A stretch of DNA of 64,000 nt from an uncultured Actinomycetes bacterium (lineage in GTDB: Bacteria; Actinomycetota; Thermoleophilia; Gaiellales; Gaiellaceae). Every line of letters begins with the position of its first letter. Positions within the stretch are counted from its first letter, which is position 1. The position numbers were made by a program, and so were the translations under genes. Positions 18,041-26,871 of the stretch are shown here, piece after piece. The notes below the pieces were generated by a model, which searched no databases, had not been told where the DNA came from, and saw only the letters and a list, made by a program, of their open reading frames with translations. The stretch lies in the NCBI GenBank assembly GCA_963763475.1, contig CAVXOR010000003.1, forward strand, positions 174,334 through 238,333, in the 5' to 3' direction.

Positions 18041-18631
18041 TCACATCTCCCGGCGGCCCGACAGCGCCCTGCCGAGCGTGACTTCGTCGGCGTACTCGAG
18101 GTCGGCCCCCACGGGGAGGCCGCTGGCGAGCCGAGTCACGCGCACGCGGCCGCGGAGGCGGTCGGCCAGGAACGCGGCAGTCGCCTCGCCGGTCATGTTC
18201 GGGTTGGTCGCGAGCACGACCTCCTCGACGCCGTTGCGCTCGACGCGGCCGAGCAGCTCGTCGATGCGCAGGTGCTCGGGCTCGACCCCGTCGAGCGGTG
18301 AGAGCGAGCCGCCGAGCACGTGGTAGAGGCCGCGGTACTCGTGCGTGCGCTCGACCGAGATCAGGTCGGCGGGCTGCTCGACGACGCAGACGATCGTGTG
18401 GTCGCGACGCTCGTCCCGGCAGATCTCACAGACCTCGTCCTCGGTCAGGTTCCCGCACTCGCGGCAGAAGCGGACGCGCTCCTTGACCTCTTCGAGCGCG
18501 CGCGCGAGTGCGAGCGCCTCTTCCTTGGGCACGCTCAGCAGATGGAACGCGAGCCGCTGCGCCGTTCGCTGCCCCACGCTGGGCAGGCGGGTCAGCTGGG
18601 CGACGAGGTTCTCGACCGACGGGCTGAACAT
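18041..18631 (-). CDS. recR: Recombination protein RecR
   Basis: 196 aa; helix-hairpin-helix [17 protein letters not shown]; C4 zinc finger CRECGNL...CEIC; Toprim region. Confidence 0.95.
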   Translation of the reverse strand: MFSPSVENLVAQLTRLPSVGQRTAQRLAFHLLSVPKEEALALARALEEVKERVRFCRECGNLTEDEVCEICRDERRDHTIVCVVEQPADLISVERTHEYRGLYHVLGGSLSPLDGVEPEHLRIDELLGRVERNGVEEVVLATNPNMTGEATAAFLADRLRGRVRVTRLASGLPVGADLEYADEVTLGRALSGRREM

Positions 18632-18652
18632 CGGCCCATTGTGCCTAGGCCA

Positions 18653-19069
18653 CTACCCGTCGCCGACGCCGGCGTTCTCGGCCAGACGGCCGAGAGCGAC
18701 CTCGAGGAGGGAGGCCGCGACCTCCGGCTGCTCGGCCACCAGCGAGCGGAAGCTGGCGCGGTCGAGGGCGAGGCAGCGCAGCTCCGTCTTCGCGCGCACG
18801 CGCGCCGTGCGGGTCGCGTCCTCGCTCATCAGCGCGAGCTCGCCGAAGAACTGGCCCGGGCCGAGCTCGATCTCGTCGCGCTTCGTCTCGACGACGGCGG
18901 TGCCCTCGGCGATGAAGAACATCCCCGTCCCCGCGGTCCCGGGCTGGACGAGCAGCTGGCCGGCCGGGACCTCGACCTCGTTCACTGCCTCCGCCACGGC
19001 GCGCAGCCCGTCGTCGCCGAGCCGTTCGAAGAGCGGCACCCGGCGCAGTGCTTCGACCCGGTCGTCCAC
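18653..19069 (-). CDS. Stand-alone cyclic-nucleotide-binding (CAP effector) domain protein
   Basis: In-frame GTG at 19069 overlaps the ybaB stop by 1 nt (TAGTG). LFERL...FFGELALM...RTARVRA are CAP_ED motifs. No helix-turn-helix. Confidence 0.75.
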   Translation of the reverse strand: MDDRVEALRRVPLFERLGDDGLRAVAEAVNEVEVPAGQLLVQPGTAGTGMFFIAEGTAVVETKRDEIELGPGQFFGELALMSEDATRTARVRAKTELRCLALDRASFRSLVAEQPEVAASLLEVALGRLAENAGVGDG

Positions 19070-19389
19070 TAGAGGCCCGGCAGGCCGAGCCCGTGCAGCC
19101 CGCCGAGGGCAGGGCCGAGCTTCGACTCCATCAGGCTCTGCGAGGAGCGCAGCGCCTCGTTGACCGCGGCCAGCACCATGTCCTCGAGCATCTCCGGATC
19201 GTCCGGATCGATCGCCTTGGGGTCGATCTTGATCTCCTTGAGCTCGCCGCCGCCGGTCGCCGTGACGGTGACCATTCCGCCGCCAGCGGTCGCCTGGACG
19301 GTCTCGTTCTTGAGCTCTTCCTGGGCCTGCTGCATCTGGGCCTGCATCTGCTGGACCTGCTCCATCATCTTGTTGAAGTCCATGTTCAT
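19069..19389 (-). CDS. ybaB: Nucleoid-associated protein YbaB/EbfC
   Basis: 106 aa; MMEQVQQMQAQMQQAQEEL...VTVTATGGGELKEIKIDP is typical of the family. Confidence 0.92.
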   Translation of the reverse strand: MNMDFNKMMEQVQQMQAQMQQAQEELKNETVQATAGGGMVTVTATGGGELKEIKIDPKAIDPDDPEMLEDMVLAAVNEALRSSQSLMESKLGPALGGLHGLGLPGL

Positions 19390-20978
19390 TCGTCATTCAC
19401 CTCGCGGGCGTCGAAGGTTCCCTTCATCAGCTCGATGATGTCTTCCTCGCTCGCCGGCTCGTCGGGCGCAGGCTCGGCGCCTTCACCACCGTTCTCGCCG
19501 ACCTCGAACGCGAGCGCGAGGTGGCGGCCCGTGACCTCGTAGAGCGCCTCCGCGAGCAGGGTCGCGTTCTTCGGCTCCTCCGCGAGCTGCCGGTGGAACG
19601 AGGCCTCGCGCGGGAACTCGACCGTGAGCGTGTCGTTGGCGAGGCCCTTCGGGTGCGCCTCGCGCAGCACCGAGGCGGTGGGGATCGACTTCTCCTCTAC
19701 CGCCGGCAGGATCGTCCGCTGCCAGGCCTCCTGGAGCTGCTCCAGGTCGAGCGCCGGGCTCGCGCCGGCCTCCTCGGCGGGAGCTTCGGTGACAGTCACT
19801 GTGTCTGTCACTGTGACTGGCACCGGGGCCTGGCCGGAATGGGCACCGCGCTCGAGCTGCTCGAGGCGGTAGGCAACCGACTCACGCGAGAGATCAGCGG
19901 CCGGGCGCGTGACCTTGACCAGCGCGAGCTCGAGCGGCAGGCGAGGGTCACCGCCCTGGCGCATGTCCTCGACCGCCACCGCGAGCAGGTCGCAGAGCCG
20001 CAGCACCGTCGCCTCGCCGACCTGATTCGCCTGCTCCCGCAGCCGCTCGCGCGTCTCCTGGGTCACCGGCAGCGACTCGGGCACCTCGCCGAGGTGCTGG
20101 ACGAGCAGCAGGTGGCGCAGGTGCTCGAGCAGGTCGGTCACGAGCCGGCCGAGATCCTGCCCCTGCTCGGAGAGCTCCTCCACGAAGGTGAGCGCGCCGG
20201 CGGTGTCGCGGTCGACGATCAGGTCGCAGAGACGGAAGAGCGCCTCCTCCTCGACCGCGCCGAGGAGCTGCAGCACCGACTGCACCGTGATCTGCTTCTC
20301 GGTCGCGGCGGCGAGCTGGTCGAGCGTCGAGACGGCGTCGCGGTAGGCCCCGCGCGCCGAGCGCGCGATCAGCGACAGCGCCGCGTCCGGCGCCTCGATC
20401 TCCTCGCCCTCGGCCACGCGCCGCAGTACCTGCACCAGCTCGGGCAGCCGGGGCCGCGAGAAGGCGAAGGTCTGGCAGCGCGAGCGGACGGTCGGCAGCA
20501 TCTTCCCGAGGTCGGTCGTGCAGAAGACGAAGACGAGGTGGGGCGGCGGCTCCTCGATCAGCTTCAGCAGCGCGTTGAAGGCGGCGTCGGTGAGCTGGTG
20601 CGCCTCGTCGAGGATGTAGACCTTGTAGCGGCCCTCGACCGGCTGCAGCACGACGCGCTCTCGGATCTCGCGGATGTCGTCGATCCCTCGCTGAGAGGCC
20701 GCATCCATCTCGATCACGTCGAGCGAGGTGCCGTCGGCGATCGCGCGGCAGGCATGGCAAATCTTGTCCGGCGTCGGGGTCGGCCCCTGCTCGCAGTTCA
20801 GCGCCTTGGCGAGGATGCGGGCGAGCGAGGTCTTCCCCGTGCCGCGCGGGCCCGCGAACAGGTAGGCCTGCCGGATCTGCCCGTGCGCGATCGCGTTCTT
20901 CAGCGTCCGGGTCACCGCTTCCTGGCCGACGACCTCGTCGAAGTCCTGTGGGCGGTACTTCCGGTAGAGGGCGGCCAC
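19386..20978 (-). CDS. dnaX: DNA polymerase III subunit gamma/tau
   Basis: 530 aa; YRPQDFDEVVGQE, Walker A GPRGTGKTS, zinc module CxxC...C, DEAH box. Confidence 0.95.
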   Translation of the reverse strand: MAALYRKYRPQDFDEVVGQEAVTRTLKNAIAHGQIRQAYLFAGPRGTGKTSLARILAKALNCEQGPTPTPDKICHACRAIADGTSLDVIEMDAASQRGIDDIREIRERVVLQPVEGRYKVYILDEAHQLTDAAFNALLKLIEEPPPHLVFVFCTTDLGKMLPTVRSRCQTFAFSRPRLPELVQVLRRVAEGEEIEAPDAALSLIARSARGAYRDAVSTLDQLAAATEKQITVQSVLQLLGAVEEEALFRLCDLIVDRDTAGALTFVEELSEQGQDLGRLVTDLLEHLRHLLLVQHLGEVPESLPVTQETRERLREQANQVGEATVLRLCDLLAVAVEDMRQGGDPRLPLELALVKVTRPAADLSRESVAYRLEQLERGAHSGQAPVPVTVTDTVTVTEAPAEEAGASPALDLEQLQEAWQRTILPAVEEKSIPTASVLREAHPKGLANDTLTVEFPREASFHRQLAEEPKNATLLAEALYEVTGRHLALAFEVGENGGEGAEPAPDEPASEEDIIELMKGTFDAREVNDE

Positions 20979-20985
20979 GCGACGA

Positions 20986-21115
20986 CTCTACCGAACCTCA
21001 GGCCGGGCACACCGCGCGCCTGAGAGGCATTACTTAGCGCTGCTTCCTTCCGGATCTGACGCGGTTCGCAAGCTCCCACCGCACGGGGCCCGGCCCGAGG
21101 GTCGGAAGGCTAGCA
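20986..21115 (-). ncRNA. ffs: Signal recognition particle RNA (4.5S-type); boundaries approximate
   Basis: The minus strand of 21039-21060 reads GUCAGAUCCGGAAGGAAGCAGC, the conserved domain IV with a GGAA tetraloop. Flanking arms pair (CCUCGGGCCGGGC with GCCCGGCCUGAGG). Canonical position directly upstream of dnaX. Confidence 0.75.
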
Positions 21116-21422
21116 GCGGCGATTCTCAACCCCGGTGAGGGGAGGCGCCGGAACGCTCTACCCCCATAGCCGGAGACGCTGGGCAGAGCCGCAGTTGCCT
21201 GGGCGCCTAGGCCCCGGCTCATTCAAAGGGATGGTCAGCACCGCAGCACCGACCACCCCGGCATAGTCAAGGCCGCAATCGCTTAGGTCGCGCCCCGCGA
21301 ACGTGGGGACGCGGCACGACTTTGGCTTAGCGCGGTAGCTCGAAGCAGTCTTCGGCCGGCGACCTCGCCGGCGGCCGAGGCGAACGCCCAGGCGCTGCGC
21401 AAACCGTGACGCCTGAATACTT

Positions 21423-21680
21423 TCAGTCTCCCTCCTTCGCCAGGTACTCCGCGACGGCCAACATCGCCGTCTCGGCGGTCGCCTGGGCGGCTGCGAGGGA
21501 GAACTTGAGCACGGCTTCGTCCAGCGCCCCCACCGCGAACACGTCACCAACACCGAGCGGCGTGTCCAACATGTTCTCGTAGAGCTTGGAGGCGCGATTG
21601 GCCGTGCGGTCCGCCAACCGCACATAGCTCTCGCGTAACTCGTTGTAGAGCGCGGCCGTCTTGTCAGCCGAACCCTCCAT
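21423..21680 (-). CDS. Hypothetical small helical protein
   Basis: 85-aa ORF in a visibly more AT-rich stretch. No recognisable motif. Confidence 0.45.
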   Translation of the reverse strand: MEGSADKTAALYNELRESYVRLADRTANRASKLYENMLDTPLGVGDVFAVGALDEAVLKFSLAAAQATAETAMLAVAEYLAKEGD

Positions 21681-21790
21681 GACAGTCCTCCTTATCGTTT
21701 GCGCCGCTAGTGGGGAGCGTTACCGTCTTAGGCCACGCCACCCGCTGAAAAAGCGCTGCTCCTAAAGGGCGACTGAGCTCTACTCGGCGC

Positions 21791-22063
21791 CTAGTCGCTG
21801 CGCCCGCCGTCACGGGCCGACTCATACCGCGCTAGTCGTTGCTGAAGATCCATCACGCGGTCAATGCGATCAATGAGCCACTCGTCTTTGAACTTCCGTG
21901 CTTCCAGCTTGTGCACGAGCACTGCTGTGTAGCTCTCCAGCTGCTCCTTCGTTCGGATCCGTCCTTCGATGCGATTCATCAACGGGACATGCAGATACTT
22001 GGACTCCTCGAGGCTCTGCATGAGTTGCTCCGTCAGCTGATCCTGCACAACGGTCGCGTCCAT
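21791..22063 (-). CDS. Hypothetical protein
   Basis: ATG at 22063 preceded by GGAGG (8-nt spacing); 90 aa, charged and helical. The track ORF extends to 22135, but that part lacks a ribosome-binding site. Confidence 0.5.
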   Translation of the reverse strand: MDATVVQDQLTEQLMQSLEESKYLHVPLMNRIEGRIRTKEQLESYTAVLVHKLEARKFKDEWLIDRIDRVMDLQQRLARYESARDGGRSD

Positions 22064-22288
22064 AGTGGCGGCCTCCGAGTTTGTTTCCGGGAAGCTGAGG
22101 TTCTTCCCTCTCCCTCCCGGCGCCACACACGGCACGCGTGCTCAGGCGTCGCGCCGCTTCGCTCAAGCAGACATTCAGCAGCAAGAACGAGAACTAGTCC
22201 TCGCGCTCGCTCTTGCTACGAAAGGCGCTACCAAGCGCCAGTTCCACGGCTTGCTGAGAGCAAGGAAGCCGCTACGCTAGGCCCTCCC

Positions 22289-22360
22289 GGGCGCGTAGCT
22301 CAGCGGGAGAGCGCCCGCTTCACACGCGGGAGGTCGCTGGTTCGATCCCAGCCGCGCCCA
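22289..22360 (+). tRNA. tRNA-Val (anticodon CAC)
   Basis: 72-nt cloverleaf folded by hand: acceptor GGGCGCG/CGCGCCC, anticodon stem CCCGC/GCGGG, loop UUCACAC, T-loop GGUUCGAUCC. Confidence 0.9.
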
Positions 22361-22437
22361 TCATGAGCCGCCGGGCTGCGCGAGACACGCATGGTTACGC
22401 GGGTCAGGCGTGCCAGGAGTGCCGGAAAGGCACGTGC

Positions 22438-22461
22438 GGTGCCTACCTCGGTGCCTACCTC
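22438..22461 (+). repeat. Tandem 12-mer GGTGCCTACCTC x2 (candidate integrase arm-type site); related imperfect pair at 24237-24259
   Basis: Read directly from the sequence: 78 bp from the tRNA-Val 3' end. The second pair, GGTGCCTACCCC/CGTGCCACCTC, lies about 28 bp before the partial tRNA copy. Confidence 0.5.
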
Positions 22462-22497
22462 GAGATTTGCCAGGGCTGCTAACGCCCGGCACCTGAA

Positions 22498-22545
22498 CTA
22501 GCCGAGCCGGCGCAGCTCATCCTGCAGCTCCTTGACAATTCCTGT
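22498..22545 (-). pseudogene. Remnant of the 3' end of the sigma-like gene (...VKELQDELRRLG*)
   Basis: About 35 nt are nearly identical to the 3' ends of the copies at 23266 and 58774. Confidence 0.55.
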
Positions 22546-22628
22546 GTTCCTGTGAAGCTTCCACCGTAGGCAGGCGAAACCGGTGGCCACGCCCTTGGCT
22601 GCAACTCGGGGGGAGAAAGAGGTTCCCG

Positions 22629-23129
22629 ATGCGCCGATTGCTCGTGTTGCTGAGTTTCGCTGTCCTGCCACTCGCGTTTGTGGCAACGGCAAGCGCGAAT
22701 GCGCCTGTCAACTTCACAACGACACTCACGGTGGATACGCCCGGCTTCAATTTCTCCTGCGTGCCGTACGGTTACAGCTTCGACACGCTCGCCACGTTCA
22801 CCGTCACGCGGCACTTCATCCAGTTCTATGACGGCCCGACGTTGGTGAAGGAGATCCGCCATATCGACTTCACCGGCACGCTCTACCGTTCAGACGACCT
22901 CTCGAAGACAATCCCGTACGCCGGAAAATGGACGCGGACGATGGATGTGGCGGCGAACACCGTCTCCAACACCGGCCTGTTCCGCTACAGCCATCCGGAC
23001 GGGAGCGGGATGGTCGCGCTCGACGCGGGGAGAACCGTGCAGGACGGGACGACCTTCGACACCCTGTCCGATACGGGGCCCACGCAGATCGAGTGGCAGA
23101 TGGGAGTCTGCGCCTACCTCGCGGGCTGA
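22629..23129 (+). CDS. Hypothetical secreted protein
   Basis: 166 aa; signal peptide MRRLLVLLSFAVLPLAFVATASA; followed by a GC-rich hairpin at 23173-23198. Confidence 0.65.
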   Translation: MRRLLVLLSFAVLPLAFVATASANAPVNFTTTLTVDTPGFNFSCVPYGYSFDTLATFTVTRHFIQFYDGPTLVKEIRHIDFTGTLYRSDDLSKTIPYAGKWTRTMDVAANTVSNTGLFRYSHPDGSGMVALDAGRTVQDGTTFDTLSDTGPTQIEWQMGVCAYLAG

Positions 23130-23265
23130 GTAGCCTCGCAGCCGGACCTTCGTAGGATCGATCGAGGTGAGGGGAGGGCGGCCCCAGCCGCCCTCCCGCC
23201 CTCATGACGAATGCACATCAAAGTCTCTATCGGAGGGGCGAGACCTCGCCACATGAGGTCGCCCC

Positions 23266-23686
23266 CTAACCGAGCCGGCGAAGCTCATCCTGCAGCTCGA
23301 CCAGGGCTTCGGAGACCCAGCGTGTCGGCATCCCGATCTCTCTGGCGATTTCGCGCTCCGAGTAGCCGGCCGAGATCGGGAGTCCAACCGTCCGTAGGAG
23401 CGCCTGGCCCCGTTCCGAGAGCCCCGTCCAGGAGATCAGGATTGTCGCCGTCGTCGAGTGAGACGAGCTCGGGTCGTGGACGTTCGTAGATGCGATCGCG
23501 GAAGACCCATTTCGTGCGGTAGCGGCTTCGGTGGTAGTCGGCGATGGCGCGGTTACTGCAGGAGAAGAGGAAGGTGGCGAAGCTGCCTCGACCGGGATCG
23601 AATTTCTCGGAGAGCTTCCAGGCGAACTCGAGCAGGTAGGTGAGCAGGTCGTCTCGTTCGTCGGGCCTGAGCTCGACTACGACGCG
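23266..23686 (-). pseudogene. N-terminally truncated copy of the sigma-70/ECF-like gene (region-2-like part in one frame, region-4 HTH part in the +1 frame)
   Basis: Colinear, with no indels, with 58360-58774 at roughly 85-90% nt identity (hand alignment). An upstream in-frame TAG at 23687-23689 and no start codon indicate truncation. Confidence 0.6.
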
Positions 23687-23694
23687 CTACTCGC

Positions 23695-23734
23695 GAAGAA
23701 AATGGAGAAGGCCCGCCGCAGGGGGCGGGCCTTC
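23695..23734 (-). terminator. Rho-independent terminator for the 23766..24122 gene
   Basis: GAAGGCCCGCC-N6-GGCGGGCCTTC (11-bp stem), followed on the minus strand by the T-rich CCATTTTCTT. Confidence 0.7.
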
Positions 23735-23765
23735 CTCATCGACACGCGCCTGGAAGGAGCGCGTG

Positions 23766-24122
23766 TTACTTGATTGTCAGCTTGAGGTGGTTGTCGTCAG
23801 CTGCCTGCTTGACCATCGTGATCTTGTAGACGCCCCTCGCCCTGAGCTTCAGTGTCGCGCCGACGTTCTCGTGCTTCGTTCCGCCCGGGCCTTTGATGAT
23901 CAATGCGGCCTCGTCGAGGTTGAGGAGAGCCACCGGCCCGGTTCGAGTGACCGTCTTGGCGTACTTGCGGTGATTCGGCCCTCCGGCGACGTAGAACCAG
24001 TGGCATCCCGGGTCCTTCATCGCGACGGTGAGCTTCGTCGCACCTGTTGCGCCGGTCGGCCCGGCTGCGGCGGATGCCGCGAGCGCCAATCCCGCGATTC
24101 CGGTGAGGATGAGTGTGCGCAT
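23766..24122 (-). CDS. Hypothetical small secreted protein
   Basis: ATG at 24122 with GGAGGG Shine-Dalgarno. Signal peptide MRTLILTGIAGLALAASAAA. 118 aa. Confidence 0.65.
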   Translation of the reverse strand: MRTLILTGIAGLALAASAAAGPTGATGATKLTVAMKDPGCHWFYVAGGPNHRKYAKTVTRTGPVALLNLDEAALIIKGPGGTKHENVGATLKLRARGVYKITMVKQAADDNHLKLTIK

Positions 24123-24287
24123 ATGGATTCCCTCCAGCGTGTCGATGGTGTTTCGCTCATCAGACACGCTCATATCGCGCCGCGACTCCGCGCAGACGCG
24201 GATAACTGCTCGGAGAACTACGTATTAGGCTCGCACGGTGCCTACCCCCGTGCCACCTCAGCGCCTAGAACCTATCGATTAGCAGGG

Positions 24288-24313
24288 GTGTTCGATCCCA
24301 ACCGCGCCCATCG
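24288..24313 (+). other. Partial copy of the tRNA-Val 3' end (att-like repeat)
   Basis: GTGTTCGATCCCAACCGCGCCCATC versus the tRNA sequence CTGGTTCGATCCCAGCCGCGCCCATC (2-3 mismatches). Confidence 0.6.
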
Positions 24314-24316
24314 GTG

Positions 24317-25024
24317 TCACGGAGCCGGCCGCGCCGCCACCTCGTGCACCTTGTCGGCCGCGCCCGCGGTGATCGGGTCGCCGTGGCCGACGCCGACGAT
24401 CTCCGCCTCGAGCGCCGCCATCCGGGCGAGTGACTGCAGGTGCTGCTCCCAGTTGAGGTTGAACGCCGTCCAGCCGGGGCAGAGCTCGGGCCACGTCGCG
24501 ACGGCGTCACCCGCGATCAGGAACCGGCGCTCGGGCCAGTGGAAGGCCAGATGGCCCGGGGAGTGACCCCTCGCGTGCAGCACTTGCAGCGGCCCGAACG
24601 CGTCGCCTTCGTCCAGCAGCTCGTCGACCGGCACCGGCACGTGCTTCGGCCGGCCGAGGTAGAGGCCGAGCTGGAAGGGGAACAGGCGCAGCGACTGCTT
24701 CGGCAGCAGACGGACCGGCTGCGCGCGCCGGTCGCCGGACACGATGTCCGCCTCCCACTCGTGGGCGTACACGGTCGCTCCGCTGGCCCGCTTCAACGCG
24801 GCGAGCCCGCCCAGGTGCGAGCGGTGCCCATGCGTGATCGCGATCCGCTTCAGGTCGGTCACCTTGCGACCCAGCCGGGAGATCGCGTCGAGCACGAGCC
24901 GCGCGTCGTCCTCGAACAGCGTGTCGACGAGCGACAGCTCGTCGCCGTTCTCGATCAGGAACGCATGGACATGGCCGCCCTTGCCGTGGCCGAGGCTGTG
25001 AATCCCCGGCGCCAGCTCCGTCAC
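24317..25024 (-). CDS. MBL-fold metallo-hydrolase
   Basis: GTG at 25024 overlaps the peroxidase stop (GTGA). Motifs THGHRSHLGG (HxHxDH-like), HARGHSPGH, GDAV, GHG. Only the C-terminal 235 aa of track ORF 24317..26338 are credible. Confidence 0.85.
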   Translation of the reverse strand: MTELAPGIHSLGHGKGGHVHAFLIENGDELSLVDTLFEDDARLVLDAISRLGRKVTDLKRIAITHGHRSHLGGLAALKRASGATVYAHEWEADIVSGDRRAQPVRLLPKQSLRLFPFQLGLYLGRPKHVPVPVDELLDEGDAFGPLQVLHARGHSPGHLAFHWPERRFLIAGDAVATWPELCPGWTAFNLNWEQHLQSLARMAALEAEIVGVGHGDPITAGAADKVHEVAARPAP

Positions 25025-26790
25025 GGTGTCGCTTCCCCGGCGCGGCGCCAGGGGGCGAACGGGTTCGCGACGCCGTCCAGCGCGGGCTCGAGCTCGGGGA
25101 AGTGCCGTAGTAAGAGCGTGCGCATCGAGTTGCTCTCCACCCACTCGATGCCCTCGGCCGTGTAGACCTCCGGCCGGTAGTCGCGCGTGAAGAAGCGGTC
25201 TGCCTCGAGTCGGCGCGACGCCATCAGGATGAAGATGCGGAAGGCCGTGTCGCTGAAGCCGAAGCCCTTCGGCTTGCGCTCGGCGTACATGCCCACCATC
25301 GTGTCGACCTCTTCGGGGTCGCTGTAGACGCGGCGCAGGTCCTCCGCGTGCTCGGGCGTGTCGGCCATCGCCTCGAAGGTGTCGAACGACTTCAGGTGCA
25401 GCAGTCGGCGGAACTCGTTGTAGCGCGGCACGCCTCGCTCGCGGACACGCATGACGTCGATCGAGGCGAGGTCGACCCGGGTGCCGTCGGCGCGCTGGAA
25501 GTCCTGCAAAAGGCGCGGGAAGTTGTGCAGCGTGATCGCTCCCGGATGCGAGATCCCGAACGAGTAGAGGAGGTCGGGCGTCGACAGCTCCGCGAACCGG
25601 TCGCGCACGTGTTGGACCCCGACCTCGCGCAGCGTCCGTTCCTGCAGGAGCTTGTTGTCGGCCAGGGACCGGAAGCTGTAGTCGTCCGGGATCAGCGGGT
25701 GCATCCGGTAGACGCACACGAACTCCTCGGTGAGCGAGTACGGAACGCCGTGCAGTGCCGTCGGCGAGCCCGGGATGCCGCGCACGACCTCGCTCTTCGT
25801 GAGCCGGCCGAGCAGCTTGTCGAGCTTCTCGCCCTCGAGGCCCCACCAGTTGGTGCGGAGCGCCTTGACGGTGGTCGGGTGGGCGATGATCGCCGGCGTC
25901 CAGTCGGTGGTGTGGATCTTCGCCATCAGCGCCGCCACAACGAGCCGCGCCTTGTCGAAGAGCTCCTCGTCGGAGAGCTCGGGATGTGCGTCGTGCAGGC
26001 GGTCGCAGATCGCGTTGTGCTCTCGCATGAAGAGCGAGTGCAGCAGCGCGAGCCCGACCCAGAAGTTGCCGGCGACGCCGGTGAGGTCGACCTGCGACTC
26101 GATCTCCTGCGGAATCAGGCCGAACTCGTCGAGCCGAAGCTTCCCGTGCTCGCCCGTGCGCAGGGCCTCCGCGAAGCGAGGGTCGCGCCCGTAGATCTGC
26201 GAGCCGTCCCACCAGTGCGTGTCGTCGGTGACGAAGGTCGGCGGCCCTTCGGCGCTCGCGCTCGGGTCGGGGCGGGTGCGGTCGATCCGCATCGGGCGCT
26301 CGGGCCACGGGTCGTCGTCGTCCAGCGGCACGACCCACGAGTTCCGCTCGTCGTTCTTGCCGTGACTGAACCAGTCGTGCACCTCGAACTGGATCCAGGC
26401 GCCCGCGAGCAGGTTGAGCGTCGTCGCGGGGATGAACTCCTTGCGCGTGAGCAGCTCGCGGCTGACCGTCCGCGGGTTCGGCTCGAGCGGATCCTCTTCG
26501 CGCACCGTGTGCTCGAGCGGCACGTTGCGACCGAAGCGGCTGCCGAGGCTGCCCATCAGCGGGTCGTCGAGGTTGTTGTACGTCCCGTCCAGCGTGCGGG
26601 CCGTCATGTACCTGGGGTGAGCGTCGACGTCAGGCCGGTCGAGCGGCCCGCGGCCGGTGTCGTAGAGATTTTTCTTCCGCAGCACGTTGCGCAGGCCGAT
26701 CAGGACGAGCAGCGCCAGCGGCAGCGGCAGCTTGTCCCAGCCGATACGTCGGTCGATCGCCTCTGCGGTGGCGTCGTACAGGCGTGGCAT
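25021..26790 (-). CDS. Haem peroxidase of the animal-peroxidase / cyclooxygenase-dioxygenase superfamily, N-terminally membrane-anchored
   Basis: 589 aa from the ATG at 26790 (GGGGGA Shine-Dalgarno). TLDGTYNNLDDPLMGSLGSRFGRN and AGAWIQFEVHDWFSHG are characteristic of this superfamily. N-terminal TM helix LPLPLALLVLIGL. Confidence 0.8.
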   Translation of the reverse strand: MPRLYDATAEAIDRRIGWDKLPLPLALLVLIGLRNVLRKKNLYDTGRGPLDRPDVDAHPRYMTARTLDGTYNNLDDPLMGSLGSRFGRNVPLEHTVREEDPLEPNPRTVSRELLTRKEFIPATTLNLLAGAWIQFEVHDWFSHGKNDERNSWVVPLDDDDPWPERPMRIDRTRPDPSASAEGPPTFVTDDTHWWDGSQIYGRDPRFAEALRTGEHGKLRLDEFGLIPQEIESQVDLTGVAGNFWVGLALLHSLFMREHNAICDRLHDAHPELSDEELFDKARLVVAALMAKIHTTDWTPAIIAHPTTVKALRTNWWGLEGEKLDKLLGRLTKSEVVRGIPGSPTALHGVPYSLTEEFVCVYRMHPLIPDDYSFRSLADNKLLQERTLREVGVQHVRDRFAELSTPDLLYSFGISHPGAITLHNFPRLLQDFQRADGTRVDLASIDVMRVRERGVPRYNEFRRLLHLKSFDTFEAMADTPEHAEDLRRVYSDPEEVDTMVGMYAERKPKGFGFSDTAFRIFILMASRRLEADRFFTRDYRPEVYTAEGIEWVESNSMRTLLLRHFPELEPALDGVANPFAPWRRAGEATP

Positions 26791-26871
26791 TGCGGTCCCC
26801 CTGAAGGGCTGACGGCGGACCGATGTAAGCACCGGCTCCGGAGCGAGTCAATGGGTCGCTTCGAGAGCCAT

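Larger units (their letters stand above)
22361..24313. mobile_element. Decayed integrated element at the tRNA-Val 3' end (no integrase left)
   Basis: Bounded by tRNA-Val and an imperfect copy of its 3' end at 24288-24313. Visibly lower GC. Contains remnants of the same sigma-like gene found in the tRNA-Ser element. Tandem 11-12-mers GGTGCCTACC(T/C)C sit near both ends. Confidence 0.6.

Noticed and set aside
21116-21422. A possible additional ncRNA or a long-form SRP Alu domain upstream of the SRP RNA core
   Set aside because: Some hairpins are present, but I could not fold a convincing Alu domain or match RNase P, 6S or tmRNA motifs. Track ORF 21158..21625 is also unconvincing.
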